Positions 7,171 to 14,500 of a DNA stretch of 32,979 nt are shown here, in pieces; within the stretch, counting starts at the first letter, position 1, and the number at the start of each line of letters is the position of its first letter. Both the position numbers and the translations under genes were made by a program. Source of the DNA: a virus (taxonomy: Duplodnaviria > Caudoviricetes); IMG/VR virus record IMGVR_UViG_3300009678_000372, positions 1 through 32,979 of that record. One strand, given 5' to 3'. Under the pieces are notes generated by a model that did not search any database, was not told the DNA's origin, and saw only the letters and a program-made list of their open reading frames with translations.

Positions 7171-7309
7171 TGATAAGACTCTGATAGAACATGTTCGTAA
7201 ACGTAGATACTTCTGTGAAGTATGTGGCAAGACTTTTATAGGAGATGATGATGACACACGCGGATCAAGTCAAGAAGATAGCAAAGATTCTGAAGAAGAA
7301 TTTTCCTGA
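7136..7309 (+). CDS. Zinc-ribbon protein (MREVKCPHC...CEVCG)
   Basis: Two CxxC motifs; GAGGAG upstream. Confidence 0.7.
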   Translation: MREVKCPHCQNDDKTLIEHVRKRRYFCEVCGKTFIGDDDDTRGSSQEDSKDSEEEFS

Positions 7310-7412
7310 CGTAGGAACTTCTAGATCAGTTCACATCGCATTCACTATCATCGAAGCATTAGAAGAACCACCTTCCAAAGTGGAGACCAAACCAGATGCA
7401 AGAGTTCCATAA
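7251..7412 (+). CDS. Small hypothetical protein (53 aa, MTHADQVKKIAK...)
   Basis: Read by hand; AGGAG RBS; fills the gap between neighbours. Confidence 0.6.
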   Translation: MTHADQVKKIAKILKKNFPDVGTSRSVHIAFTIIEALEEPPSKVETKPDARVP

Positions 7413-7587
7413 AGAAATGTTAGATACTATTATCAAAGATTGGGATTTAATGAAGGTTGAAACCTACATTGCCGAACTAGAAGAAAGACGGGCGTTACTA
7501 GATCAGTGGATTAGACACCTAAAGGACACACGCAGAAAGAAGATGCGTAAACCCGCATTCGACACGGGGGATCGTAGTGGCACATAG
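7396..7587 (+). CDS. Small coiled-coil hypothetical protein
   Basis: 63-aa ORF with heptad-like YIAELEERRALLDQWIRHLK; overlaps the polymerase start. Confidence 0.65.
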   Translation: MQEFHKEMLDTIIKDWDLMKVETYIAELEERRALLDQWIRHLKDTRRKKMRKPAFDTGDRSGT

Positions 7588-10090
7588 TCACAAGTATGTA
7601 CCGGGGATGGGGCCAATAGGTGCCAAGTGGATGATACTTGGTGAGGCTCCATCATCCGAAGAAACTGTAGCAGGTAAGCCCTTCGTAGGTCCATCAGGTA
7701 GAGAATTAGATCGTCTATTGAAGGATGCTGGAGTGCCTCGATATGAAGCATGGATAACTAACGTCTGCAAGTTTCAAGTTCCATCCAACTATGGGGCGAA
7801 GAAGGCTACATTTGCTATGCGTGCCAGAGAAGCTGGCATCGACATGGAGCAACAACTATCTGAACTGAGGACAGAAATTGCGGAAATTAAACCGAACGTC
7901 ATACTGGCTCTCGGTGGGACTGCAATGTGTGCCTTGTCTGGTAAGGACAAGATTTCTAAGCACAGAGGTTCTATCATGTGGGGGATGGGTACGAAGTTTG
8001 TGCCTACCTATCATCCCGCACACCTGTTACATTCAGCTAGTGGTGGAGAAATTAAAGGATACTGGAACCGTCAAGTAATGATCTTTGACTTCAAGCGTGC
8101 ATACAAAGAATCACTGAGTCCCTCATTAGATCTACCCTCACGCACTCTACAAGTCGCATCCAATTCAGGTGAGCTGTATGAGTTCCTGAACAGATACAAA
8201 GATCATAAGAAACTGAGTGTAGACATTGAAGCTGGTGGTCATTGCCTACCTATCTGTATCGGACTCGCGTTCTGTGCATCACATGGCATGACAGTTCCTC
8301 TATGGAATCGAGATGGTATCTCTACGATACCTGACTCTGACCTAGTGACTATGTGGAATATGGTGGCGCAAGTACTATGGGAGAAGGACATTGTTGGACA
8401 CAATTTCAATTATGATCGGGACAAAATACGAAGGTTGGGATTCACAATACGAAGAATCCATAGTGATACAATGCTCAAAGCCTTCGCAATTAACCCTGAA
8501 CTCCCAAAAGGGCTTGCATTCAATACAAGTATCTACACTAGAGAACCCTACTATAAAGACGAGGGTATGTATGAGGGGAAGATTAGAGATCTGTTGCTCG
8601 GATGCGCACGAGACTCTTGTGTTACTTATGAAATAGACGATGCAATGGAGCCTGATCTAGAGGAGTTAGGAGTCACGAAGTTCTATCGTAACTTCTTGAT
8701 GACTCTCCCTGACTTCTACCTAGAGATCGAGAACAATGGATTCGTAGTTAACGAGACTAAGAGAGAAGAACTAATTCGGAAGTATGTAGCATGGGATGAA
8801 CGTCTAGGCTATGAGATGTTCGAGTTAGCAGGTATAGATGTTAATCCTGCCTCTCCTCTACAAGTTCATTCACTCTTATTCGATGTATGGAAACTTCCCC
8901 GTAGGAAAGGAGTAGGAGAGGAAGAACTTACAGCATTATTGAACCTTCAATCAGGTGTGAAACACCCTCCTCATAGACAATGGATAGAGAAGTGTTTAGA
9001 AAGGAGGAGAGTGAAAAAGACCATGAGCACGTATCTCATGGCTATACCCGATTACGATGGTAAAATGCGCACTTCCTGTTTCATGTGTTTAGAGACTGGT
9101 CGAACGTCTACTAGTCAACAGAATCCACCCATACGACCAAAGGTGGATACTGTAGGCAAGGGTAGAGAAGCCGACATGAAACCTATGGGTGCTGCGTTCC
9201 AAGTTCTCACTAAACATGGAGATATTGGAGCAGACGTAAGAGGGATGTATGAACCTGATAAGGGTGAAATATTCGTACAACTAGATTCGAGTCAAGCTGA
9301 AGCAAGGGTTGTATTTAACCTAGCAACTGATGAACAGGCATTGGAGGACATAGATGCCCATGACTATCATGCACTTACTGCATCGTGGTTTTTCGGCGGT
9401 AAAGAAGATGACTACTCAAAGAAAGTCCTCGGATACGAGTCACCTATTAGATTCGCTGGAAAAACTTTACGTCATGCCGGTCATCTTGGGGCAGGTAAAA
9501 GAAGGGCAGCAACAGAACTTAATACGCAAGCTAGGAAGTATAAAATCCCCATCACGGTTACAGAAGCACAGGCCGACAGAGCACTGAAGATATTCCATGC
9601 TAAGCAGCCTAAGATTCAAAGAGTATTTCATGCTGAAGTAATTGAATGTCTGAAAACTACGCGCAAACTAATTGCGCCGCTGCCGTGGGGGATTGATGCT
9701 GAACGAGGTGGTGTACGTATTTTCTATGAAAGATGGGGAGATGATCTGTTCAGAGAGGCTCTTGCCTATCTCCCACAACGAGCCGTTACTGATAATACCA
9801 AAGCGGCTGGTATCCGAATTAAGAAGCAGTTCAAGGAGGCAAAGATCATTCTTGAGGCACATGATGCACTTCTTTTTTCGGTGCGAGAAGAATATCTCAA
9901 AGATTTTATTCCAATAGCTAGAAAGGAGATGGAGCGGCCCATCAATTTCACATGTTGTTCTTTACCTCGGAGGTTTCTTAAGATACCATGTGATGTGGAG
10001 GTTGGCGAGAATTATAAAGATCTAAAGAAATTCAAAGAGCAGGAATTGAGTGATGCAATGGCTGGAGAAATTATTAGCACAACACTCTGA
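7577..10090 (+). CDS. polA: Family A DNA polymerase with N-terminal family-4 uracil-DNA-glycosylase-like domain and 3'-5' exonuclease domain
   Basis: UDG4: GEAPS..E...G.PFVGPSG, TNVCK, PTYHPA. Exo: VDIE, GHNFNYD. Pol: TGRTS, DSSQAEAR (motif A), RFAGKTLRHAGHLG (B), AHDALL (C). Confidence 0.95.
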   Translation: MAHSHKYVPGMGPIGAKWMILGEAPSSEETVAGKPFVGPSGRELDRLLKDAGVPRYEAWITNVCKFQVPSNYGAKKATFAMRAREAGIDMEQQLSELRTEIAEIKPNVILALGGTAMCALSGKDKISKHRGSIMWGMGTKFVPTYHPAHLLHSASGGEIKGYWNRQVMIFDFKRAYKESLSPSLDLPSRTLQVASNSGELYEFLNRYKDHKKLSVDIEAGGHCLPICIGLAFCASHGMTVPLWNRDGISTIPDSDLVTMWNMVAQVLWEKDIVGHNFNYDRDKIRRLGFTIRRIHSDTMLKAFAINPELPKGLAFNTSIYTREPYYKDEGMYEGKIRDLLLGCARDSCVTYEIDDAMEPDLEELGVTKFYRNFLMTLPDFYLEIENNGFVVNETKREELIRKYVAWDERLGYEMFELAGIDVNPASPLQVHSLLFDVWKLPRRKGVGEEELTALLNLQSGVKHPPHRQWIEKCLERRRVKKTMSTYLMAIPDYDGKMRTSCFMCLETGRTSTSQQNPPIRPKVDTVGKGREADMKPMGAAFQVLTKHGDIGADVRGMYEPDKGEIFVQLDSSQAEARVVFNLATDEQALEDIDAHDYHALTASWFFGGKEDDYSKKVLGYESPIRFAGKTLRHAGHLGAGKRRAATELNTQARKYKIPITVTEAQADRALKIFHAKQPKIQRVFHAEVIECLKTTRKLIAPLPWGIDAERGGVRIFYERWGDDLFREALAYLPQRAVTDNTKAAGIRIKKQFKEAKIILEAHDALLFSVREEYLKDFIPIARKEMERPINFTCCSLPRRFLKIPCDVEVGENYKDLKKFKEQELSDAMAGEIISTTL

Positions 10091-11330
10091 ACTTGAGAGT
10101 CCTACGAACTTTTGGCTATGGGGTGGTTTAGCCGCGATATCAGCGGTGGTCAAAGACAATGTATGGTTAGACCGACAGATATACAATCTATACCCTAACA
10201 TCTACGTCATGCTACACGCGGAATCGGGCCTAAAGAAAGGTCCGCCTATTAGCATGGCGAAACAGTTGGTAAGAGGAGTTGGTGGAACGCGCATCATCTC
10301 AGGGCGTAGCTCTATTCAAGGGATACTCAAGGAACTAGGAACTACACAGACTCAACCGGGAGGTAAAGTCATCAACAAGTCAGTGGCCTTTATCTGTAGT
10401 TCTGAACTTACATCCAGTATAGTGGAGGATAAGGTAGCTACAGATATCCTTACTGACCTGTATGACAGACAATACAACATAGGTGAGTGGCGTAGTCTAC
10501 TCAAGATGGAGCAGTTCAATCTTAAAGATCCCACCATTACCATGTTGACGGCGACGAATGAGGCGCACTCTAATGACTTCTTCGCTAAGAAGGACATACA
10601 TGGAGGTTACTTCGCACGCACTTTCGTCATATCAGAGACACAACGTAACCGCGCAAACAGTCTACTAGTCCCTCTCACCAATCCACCCAAGTATCCTGAA
10701 TCAATAGAATATCTAAAGACCATAGCTAAGTTAACAGGCCCATTCAGACCACTAGCCAGCAGGGAGGTAAGTGAGGAGTTTAAGTTTCCACATAAGGATC
10801 TGGTGACAGGTGAGATTAACTACTTTAGTGAGGCAGGTTTACTGTATGAACTGTGGTATGAGAACTTCATTAACACAGTACTCACACAGGATTTGAGAGA
10901 TGACACAGGCACACTGAACAGGTTTGGTGACTCTGTGTTGAAGATAGCCATGCTCCTATCACTGAGTAAGGACACGAATCTAACCATAGATACTGCATCC
11001 ATGCAATTAGCAATAGACTACAGTCAGAAGCTGATAGGTAATGTGCGTCAGATGACCTATGGTAAGAAGGGTCTATCGGACGCAAAGGATATCAAGACAC
11101 TGATAATCCAAGAACTGTACATGCGTGAGACACATCAAATCTCTCGTCAAATGTTATTGAAAAAGATGTGGCTACATTTCAGGGAGGCTAGTGAGATAGA
11201 TGAGATAATGAACTCGTTCGATCAGGCAGGGGTAATCAATGTGCAATCACTAGGTAATCAGGTTATCTATGTCATGCCTGAGAATCAAGTGCAGGAGTAT
11301 GAAAGACACTTTTCAGGTAAGGGAAAATGA
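10053..11330 (+). CDS. DUF3987-like AAA+/helicase-related replication protein
   Basis: YPNIYVMLHAESGLKKG (degenerate Walker A), ICSSEL (Walker B-like), LTDLYD, GGYFARTF, and a wHTH-like C-terminus. Overlaps the polymerase end. Confidence 0.68.
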   Translation: MQWLEKLLAQHSELESPTNFWLWGGLAAISAVVKDNVWLDRQIYNLYPNIYVMLHAESGLKKGPPISMAKQLVRGVGGTRIISGRSSIQGILKELGTTQTQPGGKVINKSVAFICSSELTSSIVEDKVATDILTDLYDRQYNIGEWRSLLKMEQFNLKDPTITMLTATNEAHSNDFFAKKDIHGGYFARTFVISETQRNRANSLLVPLTNPPKYPESIEYLKTIAKLTGPFRPLASREVSEEFKFPHKDLVTGEINYFSEAGLLYELWYENFINTVLTQDLRDDTGTLNRFGDSVLKIAMLLSLSKDTNLTIDTASMQLAIDYSQKLIGNVRQMTYGKKGLSDAKDIKTLIIQELYMRETHQISRQMLLKKMWLHFREASEIDEIMNSFDQAGVINVQSLGNQVIYVMPENQVQEYERHFSGKGK

Positions 11331-11545
11331 TTATTCCCATCCCTATCCATCACATTGAGGAATCAGTTGCTCCAGATCCTGAAGATAGGGGTGAATGGAT
11401 TAGGTGGTTCCTTGATTGTGAACATTGGAGGTGTACGTGTGGAATAACGAACTTCGGTAGGAATAAGTTCTGTGCGCGTTGGACATGCAAAAAGCCTAGA
11501 CCTACTTCTTACGTCGAGAGCGTATTTCCCACACCGCTCCACTAA
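11327..11545 (+). CDS. RanBP2-type zinc-finger protein
   Basis: WRCTCGITNFGRNKFCARWTCKKPRP; ATGA overlap. Confidence 0.65.
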   Translation: MIIPIPIHHIEESVAPDPEDRGEWIRWFLDCEHWRCTCGITNFGRNKFCARWTCKKPRPTSYVESVFPTPLH

Positions 11546-11590
11546 GAAGTAGGGCTAAGCCAATGATCGCAAACAGGAGTATTATAACAC

Positions 11591-14500
11591 TCACCTATCC
11601 TCACTCCACGGGAATGCGCGCTCCTCTCCTCTTGGCGCAGTCCAATTCCACGGCATAATATCCTTTACCCCTCCACCTCCTACCAGCCAATCATTCTCAG
11701 GCTCAATGAACTTGCTAACAGATTCACCCTTACTGTAAATCTGTGTACCTCCACCGAAGAATGCGGCTGTACCAAACATTGGAAGTAGGTCTGGATTCTC
11801 TTTGTATATCTCCATTACATCTTGCGAGAATAATGGAATAAACAACTGTATCGTACGATCACCCACATGGAATGGATTGTACTCAGACGCATTCGCCACA
11901 TCCCATGCAAATTTACTTACGGGATTCAGCTTGTTGACAAAGAATCTCTCCATCATATCTTCTTGCGTCTGAGCTTGATAGCCTGATCCAAAGCGATGGA
12001 ACTCTCCACTAGAAGAAGATGTAGACCCGCCCATGTATGCCCTGCCATATGCTACGGCGAACTGAAGGAATCCACCTCCAAGATCCAAGCGTGCATCACC
12101 AACTCTTACCTTACCAAAGTCCGAGCTAGTGATATCGTCATTCACTTCTGCATCAGGTCCAGCAGCATTCTTTATCAACTCAGTATACACGTACCATGCA
12201 GCAGCTGTACTAAGTGCAGCCTTAGCATATTGCTTCCTAACGAATGGACTAGCCATAACGTAAGTAACAGGATTCATCATCCTGATTCTACTATTCAATA
12301 GACCTGGAGAGAATAGTATAGGTCCAATCTTACTAACTGCATTTTCTAGCGATAGTCCACCCTTTGCAGTTGCATGACCTGTAGCCGCATTTACAAATTC
12401 TGCTATCTCTTTAGCGAATACAAGGTTCTTATATGGATTCAGTTCTAATGCTTCAGCAGGTGTGAACTTCGTTTTCCACGGCATCATGCCTTGCCGTGCC
12501 TCACCTGTAGTCAATGCCTCAAGAGACATATCGCGCGCAAGATTCAGTAACTTCTCAGTCCTATTGACATTCAAGTGATTCAAGAAGGTAAGGAATGCAC
12601 GATTGAAAGCACGGATAGGATACCCTGCTGTATGCTGCCATATCTTGGCTCCTACATTATCACCAATACCCATCTCTAGCCATCGGCTGGCTGTCATCTC
12701 TGCCCGTGGACCCGGTTCACTAGCAGGAGAAAATATCTTCGTTCCTATTCTTTCGGCAAATGATGCACTTTCCTTACCAGTTATGGGATCTATCGGCCTT
12801 TTCATAATAGGCTTGGATCTCAAGTCCGCGTCTATCATCTTCCATGTGTCATAGTGTAGACTCCCGAACATTGGAGGAATAGCCTTCCAGAACTCAGGAG
12901 TCAGTATCTGAGATAACCCCTGTCTACCCGGAGCAGACATATCCAACATAGTAGTAGCATTAGTAGGTACAGCTAATGCTTCCCTTACATAGTTAGTTTC
13001 AGCAGCTTTCTTTGCTTGTCCTTTCACTTTCGGTGGTTTTGGTGCTCCACCCATACCTATTCCAGTAGCCTGTTTAACTTGCTTCCATGAAGGAAGTGGA
13101 ACACCAGCATTGAGATTTACAATCTCATCGTAGTTAGAATTGATTTCATTACGGATATCATCTGCTGTTGTACCTTCTCTAAAGACTTTCCAGTTGAATT
13201 CCGTATTTCTAGGAGAGACTATGTCAACGTACATCTGTCTGTCCATATTGAATGGTATTGAATCAGCTAGAACTTGAGCCTGCGCGCGTGTTATAGGATG
13301 ATGTATTTCAGCTCCTCCACCTGCGAAACGAATAATACCTTGTTGCAAAACTTCCTGTAGACCAAAACCTAACCTATCCGCAGCATCTGCATGATACGAT
13401 GCATTATGGGTAAGTTTTGTACCATCAGGTAGAATGAATCTTGTCTCCCTGTACGTTTTTACCGCAGGTAAGTTCTCACGAAATACATGAACCGCTATAG
13501 GCTCACTAAGATTCCTTACCCTTGATTCAAAGTACTTAATTATATCTATGACATGTCCTCTCCATGTCTCTCCTGGTCTTAATTTTGCTCCTGCCCCAAT
13601 ATTTGTTATGTTAAAGTATTTATAATCGGCTGCATCAACCTTATCCAATGCATCTACTTTTTCAGCCCATGCTCTGGCAGTAGTATCTTTCAATCTCAGT
13701 TTTTCAACTACTCCCCCAACTCCTTTACCTATCTTTTTCCATGCTTCAATTACATCCTCAAGAGGTGTAGCTCCTTGCTCCTCCTCAACTAATCTCTTGA
13801 GTATGTCATCCCATCTCTTTACAGGAGGCTTCTCTACTGGAACACGAGTGGCTTTTACCATACCCTCTTTTGTTCCGAATTCTATAACATCCAAACCTTT
13901 AGTAGCAGTAGGATCTACCTTGACAATTCTTCCATCAGGTAGTCTGTATCTATCAGATTGGAACCTATCCCTGTATATTGCTGGTAGACCCGGATCACCT
14001 TGGATCATGTCTGCTAGCATATGGAATCTCTGAATCTCCGGTGGAGTGAGATCCCGTATCATGGAGTTCAAGACCAGAGCTTGAGCCTCCTTAACCATTT
14101 TACTTAGAGTGAAGCTAGGTACATCTCCTATATTCTGAATCTTCTCTATAAGAGTCTTAGCCATCGGATCAGACTTGACCAATGACGACTCTGTTACAGC
14201 AGGAATGGAAGCAGCAATCCTTTCCTCCGTTTGTTCCGCTAACAGTTCCTGATACCTATCTCTAGCCGCATCCCACATTTCACCTATTTGTGCATATTCA
14301 ATTTCACTATTACCCCTGACCATTTCGCCGGTCGAGTCTACCATTCCATTCATTCGTGCATCTATTTCTTCAAAATTCTTCTTGGCTTTATTTACATCAT
14401 ATTCCTCATTAATCATTCTCTTGTAGTATGCCTGTAATTCATCTATCCTTCGATTTGCAGCTGGTCCTCTCTGTTGTAATGCTTCAAGAAGATGATCTGC

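Noticed and set aside
7577-10090. Intein or intron in the polymerase
   Set aside because: The extra length is explained by the UDG domain; no intein splice motifs or frame breaks were seen.
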